Below the pieces are notes generated by a model, which saw only the letters and a program-made list of their open reading frames with translations, made no database searches and was not told the origin of the DNA. 64,000 bases of DNA from Nitrospirota bacterium (GTDB taxonomy: Bacteria; Nitrospirota; Nitrospiria; Nitrospirales; NS-4), in the NCBI GenBank assembly GCA_963788195.1, contig CAWBGA010000005.1, positions 1-64,000 of the forward strand. The letters are read 5' to 3'. The position numbers and the translations under genes are program-made. This document shows positions 14,354-23,826 of this stretch, piece by piece. Each line of letters opens with the position of its first letter. Position 1 is the first letter of the stretch.

Positions 14354-14956
14354 GGGGGTGACAGGCTTCGACGGGGATCATGAGGCCAAGGTGGCATGCC
14401 GAGAACCGGGAACTCGTTAAGTCCGGAAAAAATAATTGCCAACACAGAAATGGCACTCGCCGCCTAATTAGCGGTGACGTCCCTCTTCTGTCGCCCGCGC
14501 GGGGGAAGGGACGACGATTGCGGGCTGGCCTGCCGCTGGTGCCTAGCGGCGGTGGGCGAGACACACTGGGCTAGCAACTGTTCTAAGCCTGCTGCCGGGC
14601 GTGGACGGAAGCGAAACACCAAATCGGCAGATAAGCATGTAGAGGCCTTTCGCTGACGGTCTTCGGACAGGGGTTCGATCAACATAGGTCGCCCCGGGGA
14701 GCAATCCTCGGGTGAACACGGGGCTCAATCGGTGAACCCTACAGTCCGTGATGGCGGGCTATGGTAACGCCGAGGGGTCGGAGAGGGCCAACCTCGCCGG
14801 CCCTGTAGAGACTCAGAGATCCGCCGGTCTTAAAGAAGATGGGCAGACACTCGGAGCATCGAGTTGATGCTAAGACGCCCCGCATCCCACTGGGATGAAG
14901 GCATAGTCCGGACCGGGTCGAAAGGCTCGGAGTATTCCGTCCCCTCACCTCCACCA
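14354..14956 (+). ncRNA. ssrA: tmRNA with exons 14354-14679 and 14940-14956, interrupted by a group I intron; tag peptide (A)ANTEMALAA
   Basis: 5' GGGGGTG pairs with CACCTCC-ACCA (14946-14956) including G3:U. Tag ORF GCC AAC ACA GAA ATG GCA CTC GCC GCC TAA at 14438-14467. The T arm AGGGG-TTCGAT|T-CCCCT is restored only after removing 14680-14939. Follows smpB. Confidence 0.97.
14680..14939 (+). ncRNA. Group I self-splicing intron, ORF-less and IA-like, in the tmRNA T-loop
   Basis: 5' exon ends in U paired to G14688 (P1). P3 CGGGGC 14719-24 / GCCCCG 14877-82. P4 TCGGTG / CGCCGA. P6 GGGGTCGG / CCGGCCCT. R element GTAGAGACT 14805-13 and S element AAGGCATAGTCC 14898-909 (P7). P8 CATCCCA / TGGGATG. 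P9 with GAAA loop. P9.0 GGA / TCC followed by terminal G14939. Confidence 0.93.
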
Positions 14957-14960
14957 TTAC

Positions 14961-14996
14961 AGGCCCCTGGGTCACGAGACTCAGGGGCTTTTTATT
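14961..14996 (+). terminator. Intrinsic terminator after ssrA
   Basis: GCCCCTGGGTC-ACGA-GACTCAGGGGC followed by TTTTTATTT. Confidence 0.85.
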
Positions 14997-15043
14997 TGTC
15001 TTCGAATCTTTGCCGTGTCAGAGAATAAATAGGAGTTAAGAAG

Positions 15044-15536
15044 GTGATTTATCGAAAAGTCAAAATGCTTGATTTGGCAGACGCAGCTTATATAGCTGGG
15101 CTAATCGACGGGGAAGGAACGGTAACGATGACGCGCAGAAATCGGTATAAGAACCGTGGCTTAGTTGTGTCGATCAGCAATAACGAGATACCAATCCTTA
15201 AACATGTTCAGGGCAAAATTGGCGCCGGCAAAATTACAGGAAAAAGAATCACCAGTGAACGGCACGCGCCGAGTTATACATACTGTATTACCAACCGCCA
15301 AGCACTCTCGCTTCTCGAACAGGTCTTCACCGTTCCTGAAATCCCACAAATCCGCGCGAGCATCCTTGGCTCTGAAAGAATATCTACGTCTGACGCCTAG
15401 AAACGGGAGATATACGAACGAGCAGACCAGCGAGCGAGAGAGATTCGTCAGGAGTTTCTTTGCCATTGCACCCGCCCAAGCCCTGAAACTTGCCAAGACA
15501 AGTTCCTTTTCCCCCTTCGATCATCCGAAAGGGTAA
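15044..15536 (+). CDS. Free-standing single-motif LAGLIDADG homing endonuclease (~160 aa; one frameshift near 15325)
   Basis: AAYIAGLIDGEGTV motif, VSISNNEIPILKHVQ, G.GKI, Y.Y.I.NRQAL.LLEQV, continuing in the shifted frame as .PFLKSHKSARA. AGGAG upstream of GTG. Confidence 0.88.
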
Positions 15537-15735
15537 TGGCAGCCAATAGCATTTCGCAGTAGGATGATGATCTGTCACCGCGCTTCTTCGAATCAAGCCT
15601 ATAGCCTGCTTCGATTCTCTCTATAACCGCGCGTAATTCGATTCTACTCTTAGAGTCGGAAAGGAATTTCCCGCTGTGATGACAGCGATGGGGAAAGCTC
15701 GCAACTCGAGCAGATACAACAATGGAGGATATATT

Positions 15736-16820
15736 TTGAAGACCGTGAAACAGTTCTTGCGTTACAGAATCTTGCGCGCGTCATGTTGTGTGATTGCGGC
15801 GTTATTTCCGGTTCACGTTTTTGCCGCGGATTTCATGCCTTCTTATGATGCGGATCTTTCGGAAACCTCCGTATCAGGGATTTCTTCCGGCGCCTATATG
15901 GCAGTGCAATTCCACGTTGCGTATTCCAGCATGGTCAAAGGAGCGGGTGTCATCGCTGGTGGGCCTTATAACTGTGCAGAAGGCAGCGCGATGCGGGCCT
16001 GCGCAACTGCATGAAACCTGACTCGTCACACCCCGTCCCCGACGTCAAAAATCTCGCGACCATGACGAATGAGTTAGCAAGCTCGGGCGAGATCGACAAT
16101 ACCGCTAATTTAACGAAGTCGAAGGTTTGGCTGTTTTCGGGTACAGAAGATACTGTTGTGAAGCAGCCCGTAATGGATGCGCTTCACCGGTATTACCGGC
16201 ACTATGTCCGCCCTGAGAACATCTATTACAAACATGATCTCCATGCAGGGCATGGCATGATCGTAGAAGACAACACGGCAAACGCCTGCTCCACAAACGC
16301 TAGTCCGTTTATTAATAACTGCTCCTACGATGCGGCTCGACACTTGCTCGAACACACTTACGGGTCGCTTAACCCGCCATCACGTAAGTTAAGCGGCACG
16401 TTTGTTGAATTCGACCAGAGAGAGTTCCTCGACGGTGATGCCTATTCTCACAGCATGCGGGATTCCGGCTTTGCCTACATACCTGCTTCTTGCGCTTCAA
16501 CCCGATGCAGAGTGCACGTAGCGCTTCATGGTTGTCTCCAACATTTCGACGCCGTCGGCGATCAATTTTACAAGAAGGCGGGCTATAACGAATGGGCCGA
16601 TACCAATAATATCATCATCCTGTACCCGCAAACCATTGCGCGGTTCGGCTGGAACTGGAAAGTGTTTTGGACGTGGAAATATATCATCAATCCGAATGCA
16701 TGCTGGGATTGGTGGGGGTATGACGGTGCCGACTATTACACGAAAAGCGGCAGCCAGATGGTGGCGATCAAGAAGATGCTGGATCGTTTGGGTTCTCCTA
16801 CGAACGCGCTAATTCATTGA
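15736..16820 (+). CDS. Secreted PHB depolymerase-family esterase (frameshift near 16010)
   Basis: Signal peptide, lipase box SGISSGAYMA, GVIAGGPY.CA, HVALHGC.Q, YNEWADTNNIIILYPQ and NP.ACWDWWGY. Confidence 0.85.
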
Positions 16821-17033
16821 GCAGGCGCCAGGACCGCGAGGATCACCGCAGCTGCCGCATGCGCCGGGACCTACAGAACTTGCGCCATCAGTCGGCCCAC
16901 CGACGGCGAAAGCCGAGAACTGCTTTTCCACCGTTGTGGCCTCACAGGACGGACATGTCGGCAGCGCCGAGCCACGAGTGATCGTCTCGAATCGATGCTG
17001 ACATTCCTGGCAGATGTATTCAAAAAGAGGCAT
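16809..17033 (-). CDS. FmdB-family zinc-ribbon protein; in frame with the upstream nuclease ORF
   Basis: MPLFEYICQECQHRFE...CPSC...EKQFS and a C-terminal CGSC...C; own GAGGAG RBS. Confidence 0.85.
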   Translation of the reverse strand: MPLFEYICQECQHRFETITRGSALPTCPSCEATTVEKQFSAFAVGGPTDGASSVGPGACGSCGDPRGPGACSMN

Positions 17034-17549
17034 ATTCCCATTCACTCCTCTTTTGTCTTTTAGCGGGGAATGACTTGTACGACGCCACTCCCAGGGCGGA
17101 ATTGCCTGAGGATCGGCCCACAGGCCGCGCTTAGACGCCCGCGCTGCGGCCTCCATTGCAGCGAGTATACCATCTTGTGACGATCGCCGGTACTGCCAGG
17201 CGAGACCCTGCTTGACTAGTTCGTGATTGAGGATCGTCCCATCCGGAAGCACGACCCGCCCAATGATGCGGCCATACGAATCGCGGCCTCGCACCTTGAC
17301 CGTCACCGCCTTGTGAAAGGCGAGGGCGGAGGTTGCCTGCTTCGCCTCCTTGCCAAAGGGTTGGCCTTTCTCGGGCGCATCGATACCGGACAATCGAATG
17401 CGTTCAGGTCTGCCGTCGTGCAGCACCTCAATCCTGTCGCCGTCAACGACCCGGACGACTTCGCCGGTGAAGTCAGCAAGAGCTAGATGCGGGATGAAGA
17501 AGGCGGATCCCAGGATGAGAGCACGGAACTCCGGCATGATGTTTCCCAT
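17034..17549 (-). CDS. Thermonuclease (SNase) family secreted nuclease
   Basis: VVRVVDGDRI, IRLSGIDAPEKGQPFG, D.YGRIIG and ARASKRGLW..P...PPWEWR motifs. Confidence 0.9.
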
Positions 17550-17720
17550 AAGAAGGAGGTTATCAGATGAGCTTAGGGGAAGCTACGGAAGACGATGTCA
17601 TAATGACGCGCGGTACCATAGCCAGGGCCGCGGAGGAGAAATACGGGGCGAGCGCCTGTTCTTTAAGGCTGCTGCCGAGCGTGGACGAAGCGAAGCAGTG
17701 TAGACAGCTAATGCTTCTGC

Positions 17721-19328
17721 TCATAGGCTTCTCTTAAGCTCGCTCCGAACCAAGTGTCGAGCGACTCTTATCGCATTGGCTACAGTAGTCAAGCCCGGGT
17801 TCGTACCACTACTGCTAGGGAAAAAGGATGTATCCACAATATAGAGGTTGTCGATCCCATGAACCTTATTATTGGCATCGACCACCGCTGTCTTTGGGTC
17901 GTTCCCCATTCGGCAGGTGCCGCAAGTGTGCGCCAACCGCGTGACATCTTCAGCGCTCTTGAGTTGCAAGTAATAGTAGGGTCGGAGCAAGTGTTTCATT
18001 CTCTGGCGCATCAATTCAATACGTGTCCGTTCACCATTTGAAACATTGGAGATTATCTGCGTTTCATCCTCACTGTAGGCCACCCGATTCTCAGGAAATG
18101 GGAGGTCCTCAACCAAACTTACAAAGACGAAGCCTCTCTCAAAGATGTGATCTAATCCCCATCTCATTAGCGGCTTAAAGGGGCTCACGGCCAAAACTCC
18201 GAGCCTTCCGAACAAAGATTTAATTTTCATTTCCATTTCGCTGAGGATGACTTGGGCTGACGGCATCTTGCCAAAAGCCTGCACCGTGCCAAGTTTTTGC
18301 TCGTCGTCGACGTACCAATCATTAAAACCAATTTCCTTCCTCAGGCCGTTGGTTTTGCTGTGCTTTGGAAAAACAATGTAGAGATCAAAAAAATGCCGCA
18401 TGAGATTTCTTCCAACTAGGCCGGATGAGTTTCCGAGTCCCGTCGGCCACTCTGGAGATTTCGAACGAATCAACAGCTCTGGGGTTTTCACAGCGCCACA
18501 GGCCAACACAATCAATGTGCCTTTCAGCTCAAGAGACCGACCTTGATAATTGCAGATGACGGCTTCTATCCGTGGGCCTGCGGAGATAAGCTTCACGACC
18601 TCGCAGGATGTGAGCAGGTGTGCGCCACGGGTGAGAGCTGGCCGCAAACACATTTTGGATGCATCATTTTTACAATCCAATGGACACAGAAAACCCTGGC
18701 ACTCCCGGCAATTTCGAAGCAGTTCCCGTGATCTTGGCAGCACATAGGGACTTAAGTTGGAATTTTTAAAGAAATGAAAAAATTCCTGAGAAGACGGTGA
18801 CAACGTGTCAACCGGGACATCCGCCCCTTTCTTCGTTTCATAAAGCTGCTCTGCCAAATCGTAAAATTCGGTCATCTGCTCCCAGGATATAGGCCATTCC
18901 TCAGGCAAGGCAGACCGAGATAGATCGGGGTGATTCCTGTGCGACACTCTAGGGGTAAAGTCAGATTTATGGAATCGTTCGAAAACCATGCCGTACAGCA
19001 GGCTCGAGCCGCCGCTGCCTTCGCCTACAAAAGGAACTGAAGTCGACCGGGTCTTGTTACTTATAAATGTTAGAGGCGAGGAGCATCGCCCATGTTTTTG
19101 CAGTTCACGTGCAGTGAGCGTCTTGCTATCCAGGTGAGACTCTGGAAACACACCTCTTACTCCGTCCTTGGGGTCGATCAGCCGTTCACCTTTTTCCAAG
19201 AAAAGAACACTGAACCCCGCTTCCGCAAGTTCGTAGCCAATGGTGGCTCCTCCCATGCCGGTCCCAATAACGATGACGTCCCAAAGTTGATTGCTATACT
19301 CCTGTAACGGGGAATTTCCCAAATGCAT
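17721..19328 (-). CDS. GMC family flavoprotein oxidoreductase
   Basis: DVIVIGTGMGG, GGSS..YG, H.CGTCRMG.DP..AVVD and NP.LT..ANA.RVA motifs. Confidence 0.9.
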   Translation of the reverse strand: MHLGNSPLQEYSNQLWDVIVIGTGMGGATIGYELAEAGFSVLFLEKGERLIDPKDGVRGVFPESHLDSKTLTARELQKHGRCSSPLTFISNKTRSTSVPFVGEGSGGSSLLYGMVFERFHKSDFTPRVSHRNHPDLSRSALPEEWPISWEQMTEFYDLAEQLYETKKGADVPVDTLSPSSQEFFHFFKNSNLSPYVLPRSRELLRNCRECQGFLCPLDCKNDASKMCLRPALTRGAHLLTSCEVVKLISAGPRIEAVICNYQGRSLELKGTLIVLACGAVKTPELLIRSKSPEWPTGLGNSSGLVGRNLMRHFFDLYIVFPKHSKTNGLRKEIGFNDWYVDDEQKLGTVQAFGKMPSAQVILSEMEMKIKSLFGRLGVLAVSPFKPLMRWGLDHIFERGFVFVSLVEDLPFPENRVAYSEDETQIISNVSNGERTRIELMRQRMKHLLRPYYYLQLKSAEDVTRLAHTCGTCRMGNDPKTAVVDANNKVHGIDNLYIVDTSFFPSSSGTNPGLTTVANAIRVARHLVRSELKRSL

Positions 19329-19382
19329 GGATTTTGGTTCGCGGTCTAAGTGGTTCGAGAAGGCATCGACATTCAGGGGCCG

Positions 19383-20345
19383 CTATTGTTGCTTACGCAC
19401 AATAACGGCCGGTTCAAAAGCGGATGGAAAAAAATAGCCGAATAACCCAAAAAACAGCAGCTGCGGCCTTTTCAGGAAGGCCGCAAAAACGCCTGAGCCT
19501 TGCAGCATGCGATCCATGTTATGGTTCAGGGCCTTGCTTAGCTCATCCAGGAATCGGTAGTTGGCAAACGGCATGAGGGTGTCCAGATAGGATCTCTTGT
19601 ACGTGGCCACAATGTTGAATCCGAATTCTCGACATAAGTCGTGTAAAACACTTTCCTTCAGAAAAACTCGATGGAAAGGTTGGTGGAGTTTCATGGCATG
19701 TGGCTCAAGATGTTCCATGTCCAAGCCGTCGGACTCCACGGTGCCGATGTAAAGCAGGCCTCCCGGGCGAAGCCTCTCGCGGCATTCTCTTACGATTGCG
19801 CGAACATCCTCACAGTGTTCAATGACATCATTCACAACGATCACATCAAAAAAGACCTCCGGAGAGAGAGAACGCGAATAGCTTTCAACGAAGGGATCGT
19901 AGCCAACAACATTTGAAAACCCGTGCCGAAACAGATAATTGACGAAAATCCCGTTGCCGCACCCATAATCAAGAACGGCCGCCTGCTTGGTGATACCCGC
20001 ACGCTGCAGCCGCCCCAGGAGATTGCCCAACGTCGCGCGGGCAAAGCCATCTTCCTTTCTCTGATTAAGGGGATAATTCCGATAAATCTCCGTGTAATCT
20101 ACCGGATCGAGACTTTGGACTGTGCTGCACTGAGGACATTTCCAGAGCCGGAAATAGGTATTTTGATATTTCTCTGTATTGCCTCGCACGGACCCGACGC
20201 TTTTGTGATCCAGCGAGGGTGTCCGGCAATCGCAAATCGTGCAGAGGACCTCGGGGGCCGGATCAGAGAATGTTCCTGGGTGGCCATCCATGGTCTCTGA
20301 TGCGAAGTTACGATCGCGTTTCATCGCGGTCCGATCTGTTCCCAT
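19383..20345 (-). CDS. Class I SAM-dependent methyltransferase with N-terminal CxxC pairs
   Basis: VLDYGCGNG, DVIEH and LRPGG motifs; CTIC and CPQC. Confidence 0.85.
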   Translation of the reverse strand: MGTDRTAMKRDRNFASETMDGHPGTFSDPAPEVLCTICDCRTPSLDHKSVGSVRGNTEKYQNTYFRLWKCPQCSTVQSLDPVDYTEIYRNYPLNQRKEDGFARATLGNLLGRLQRAGITKQAAVLDYGCGNGIFVNYLFRHGFSNVVGYDPFVESYSRSLSPEVFFDVIVVNDVIEHCEDVRAIVRECRERLRPGGLLYIGTVESDGLDMEHLEPHAMKLHQPFHRVFLKESVLHDLCREFGFNIVATYKRSYLDTLMPFANYRFLDELSKALNHNMDRMLQGSGVFAAFLKRPQLLFFGLFGYFFPSAFEPAVIVRKQQ

Positions 20346-20762
20346 AGGCGGTGAATTACTTAATTATAGAGCAGTTCCGACTGGAACTCTACGAAAAAAC
20401 CCTTCCAGTGGCCGCGCCCTATCTAAGGGGTCGGGAAAGCTGGATTCTGATTCGGAGCCAGGCCTATTGCCTCAGTGCTATTGTACTTTTGGTAAATATG
20501 TATCTAACGATATGACCTAAGTATGTCTGCGATGCAGTCCGCCAAACGTTGGAAATGGGCATTGCTCTAGACATATATATACCTACGTGGTCTAGCAATT
20601 ATGGCTTAAAGTGGAGGCGTCAATCATGCAAACGGTCAGGTTGACGCCCGACGAGGTGTGGGGGGCGGTACTACGGCACGAAAGTTAAGGGGGGCTTGAG
20701 AGGGAAGTTTCCTTACTTTGAGATTAGGGAAAAGTACTCTTGGCATGGGGGGGGCAAAAGGA

Positions 20763-21281
20763 CTAAGTGCGATCTGAAGACTCTATTTCAATGATGCTGG
20801 CCTCGAGCTCACCGCCCCGGATCTTAAGACGCGCGATCGTGACCGGCAACCGAAAGCGCCTTGGACCGGCGCTGCCGGGATTAATGAAGAGAACCCCGTC
20901 TCGTTTTTCGACCAAGGGCCGATGGGAATGACCGGCAATGACCGCCGCCCAGGTCCCGACGCCGGTAGCCTTCGCCGCATCATGTAGTTCGGTCACGTTA
21001 TGCAGGACGCACAGCGATACCCCTCCTGCCGTGACGATCCGAAATTCCGGAAGCTTCTCCGTCCATTCGCCATGGTCGTTGTTGCCCCGTACCGCGAACA
21101 CGTGCGCAATACTGCTGAGAGACTCCAGCACCGACGGGTGGCCGATGTCCCCCGCGTGGATGATGAGATCGGAGTCTTGCAATGCGGCGACAGCCTCAGG
21201 GCGCATCAGGCCATGCGTGTCCGAGATGATTCCAACCCGGCACTCGTCTACCTGATGAGAGGGATGTTTCACAGAGGTCAA
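20763..21281 (-). CDS. YfcE/MJ0936-family metallophosphoesterase
   Basis: ISDTHG, IHAGDIG, VRGNND, GHSH and NPGSAG motifs. Confidence 0.92.
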   Translation of the reverse strand: MTSVKHPSHQVDECRVGIISDTHGLMRPEAVAALQDSDLIIHAGDIGHPSVLESLSSIAHVFAVRGNNDHGEWTEKLPEFRIVTAGGVSLCVLHNVTELHDAAKATGVGTWAAVIAGHSHRPLVEKRDGVLFINPGSAGPRRFRLPVTIARLKIRGGELEASIIEIESSDRT

Positions 21282-21285
21282 AGCA

Positions 21286-22215
21286 CTACTCCACGTTGAT
21301 GTCCATGAGCATGCCCCGCGTGAAATGAGGGGCTCCCCTTGCGAGATCCGGGAGGAAGCAGATCAAACCGTAGCGGCCGCGCACAAAATTCATCGTGAAA
21401 AACCCCTCTCCTCCAGGTTCCAGGCCTACCATTCCCCCTACCGGCTTTCCTGATGGCGATGTCACGACTCCTGGCTGAAAGTCATCAAGAAAAGCGTTGA
21501 CCGTGGCGCGGCGGGCCAGTTGCACAACCACCACCTCATGCGCCTGGCTGCCCTTATTCACCACCCGGACCGTTGTCTTCCCGGCCCGTATGGGCTTGGA
21601 CACCTGGAAGCTGAAGTCGTCTTCAGTGATCGTGACGTCGGCATGCGGCGGATCCGATATATTTGGAAGGCCCTGCGTCACACGCAGAGCTTTTAACATG
21701 CCCAGGGCAACGTGTGGTACCCCCCGGCGATCCGGTATTCCGCAGATAACGACATAATTGCCCGGGTCAAGCTGAACGGTGGCCGCCGCGTGCTCGCCCG
21801 GGATGACGCTGTTAGGCCCGCCCCGGCGCTGCACCCAATGCGGGAGCCGGGTATAGTTGGCGGTGATCTCAGCCGCGAAATCTTGGACGCTTCTGCCGTC
21901 TGGCAGCTTCAGGAATTGGACCTGGTGCAGGTCATCACCCTTGTTCACCAACTTGGTAGTGATCCATCCGGCAGCAATTTCATCGGGTCCGGTGAACGCA
22001 TAATCTTTGGCGATATACGTCGCATCAGACGGAATGCTTTGATCTCGTACCGGGTTTTCTTGTAGTGGGACCGGCCGCGGCTCCTTCTCCCCGGGGGTGG
22101 AAGAGTTCGTCTTGGCGAACTCAGGGAGGGCGGGTGAGATGGTGGGGCTTCCTGCAGGAGCAGGTGTGGTCAAAAAAATCAGACCAAGAACGCACAGAGC
22201 CATACGAGTCATCAT
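21286..22215 (-). CDS. Exported tandem cupredoxin-like protein
   Basis: Signal peptide and two repeats, each with an upstream His and C-x-x-PD-x4/5-PH-x3-GM. Confidence 0.65.
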   Translation of the reverse strand: MMTRMALCVLGLIFLTTPAPAGSPTISPALPEFAKTNSSTPGEKEPRPVPLQENPVRDQSIPSDATYIAKDYAFTGPDEIAAGWITTKLVNKGDDLHQVQFLKLPDGRSVQDFAAEITANYTRLPHWVQRRGGPNSVIPGEHAAATVQLDPGNYVVICGIPDRRGVPHVALGMLKALRVTQGLPNISDPPHADVTITEDDFSFQVSKPIRAGKTTVRVVNKGSQAHEVVVVQLARRATVNAFLDDFQPGVVTSPSGKPVGGMVGLEPGGEGFFTMNFVRGRYGLICFLPDLARGAPHFTRGMLMDINVE

Positions 22216-22334
22216 GCTGCCCGCCGCCCTTCTTTTTTAACTGTTGAATGTCTTAAAATTACAGACGTCCGCCGCAAACTTATCAAGAAGGGGTCAGTGC
22301 TGCAAGCCGTCGTTGGGGGAAAGGAGAGACCGCA

Positions 22335-22748
22335 ATGTCCAAGGAGACTGCGAAAACGTTTGAGGTCGTGAAAACCGATGATGAGTGGCGGAAGATGCTG
22401 ACGCCGGAACAGTTTCGAGTGCTCCGACAACATGGCACTGAGAAGCCGTTTCAGAACGCCTACAATGCAAACAAAGCCGCCGGAATCTATGAATGTGCCG
22501 CGTGCCAGCTGCCGCTGTTTTCGTCTGAGCACAAATACGACAGCAAGACGGGTTGGCCGAGCTTTTGGAAACCGATCTCGGAGTCGGCGCTTGGGAGGAA
22601 GACCGACAGTAGTCTGTTTCAGACACGAACGGAGGTCCATTGCGCACGATGTGGCGGCCATCAAGGCCATGTTTTCGATGACGGGCCTCCACCCACCGGC
22701 TTGCGCTACTGCATTAACTCAGCTGCGTTAACGTTTGTGCCCAAGTGA
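22335..22748 (+). CDS. msrB: Peptide-methionine (R)-S-oxide reductase
   Basis: [19 protein letters not shown] and RYCINSAAL motifs. Confidence 0.97.
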   Translation: MSKETAKTFEVVKTDDEWRKMLTPEQFRVLRQHGTEKPFQNAYNANKAAGIYECAACQLPLFSSEHKYDSKTGWPSFWKPISESALGRKTDSSLFQTRTEVHCARCGGHQGHVFDDGPPPTGLRYCINSAALTFVPK

Positions 22749-22829
22749 TGCCGGTAATGGCCTAGATCCCGTGCCACCAAGCACTCAGGGCGACGCTGGC
22801 CTAGACAGTGAGATGTACCCTACGATCTC

Positions 22830-23627
22830 CTACCGTTTCCAGATGCGGGCCCCGCCTAACAAGGCTTTGAGGTTAGGGCAGATGATTACATTGCCCGGCA
22901 AGTTTTGGATGTGGACATGCTTGGAATTCCCTCCCCCTATATACAGCTGGTCATAATTAAATAGTGCTTCCAATTTACGGATGTGCTTCATAAGTCGCTT
23001 GTTCCAGCGCTTTATTCCTAGTTTCTTCAACGCCCTGTTGTTCAAACTGTCTTCCCCGGCTTCAATGTTAGGGACGAGCGTCCCCTCAACAAAAAGCGCA
23101 GTGCCAACGCCTGTTCCCAGCGTCAGCACAACCTCCACTCCCTTTCCAGTGATCGCGCCGTAGCCTTGCATATCTGCGTCATTCAGGACGCGCACGGGCT
23201 TGGAAAATCTGTCAGATAATGCCTTTGCAAAGTCATGGCCTTTCCACTCATGAGAGAGATTAGGCGCGACCCGTGTGACACCGTTGCGCACGACACCCGG
23301 GAAACCTACGGCAAGCCGATCAAAGGCCCCGAGCTGTTTGCCTAAGTGCTCAAGTTGTTTGATGACGATGTCAGGATTAGCTCCCTTGGGCGTGGAAATC
23401 CGGACTCGCTTTTTCAAAAAATTGCCGTGATTGTCCACGAGGGCCGCTTTAATACCGGAACCTCCTATGTCGATAGACAAAGTAATCGCTCCGGACGACG
23501 CTTTCAGACCCGATGGCGAAGTATTTTTCTTTGAGATCACTTGAAGACTCCTGATGTTGGTTCCAATTAGGCTACGGAGTTCTCTCCACCTGTACAATCC
23601 CAACGATGCACGACATGCATCGGCCAA
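22830..23627 (-). CDS. ROK family protein, polyphosphate glucokinase-like; true start probably downstream of 23627
   Basis: IDIGGSGIKA, GFPGVV, LNDADMQG, TLGTGVGTALF and YIGGGN motifs. Confidence 0.85.
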   Translation of the reverse strand: MADACRASLGLYRWRELRSLIGTNIRSLQVISKKNTSPSGLKASSGAITLSIDIGGSGIKAALVDNHGNFLKKRVRISTPKGANPDIVIKQLEHLGKQLGAFDRLAVGFPGVVRNGVTRVAPNLSHEWKGHDFAKALSDRFSKPVRVLNDADMQGYGAITGKGVEVVLTLGTGVGTALFVEGTLVPNIEAGEDSLNNRALKKLGIKRWNKRLMKHIRKLEALFNYDQLYIGGGNSKHVHIQNLPGNVIICPNLKALLGGARIWKR

Positions 23628-23826
23628 AGTACTATCGCCGACATGTCATGCCTATAAGTGTGTGGTATTGAGACGAGTATCAGTTAGGAGGAGAGGTGGG
23701 AAAAATGGCGCGGGGGGGTTCGCCACACGAGGGCATGACAGTATGGAGGACAAGCCTACCGCTGCTATTCGTCAGGATTCGGGATAGTCTGCAACATTTC
23801 GCCGGTTCAACCGGCGAGACAAATCG

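Noticed and set aside
14680..14939. Insert in ssrA interpreted as an integrated island or a two-piece permuted tmRNA
   Set aside because: There is no duplicated 3' end, exon order is standard, and the insert carries the full group I core.
14957..20760. Integrase-type genomic island at ssrA
   Set aside because: No integrase and no second copy of the ssrA 3' end were seen in the window.
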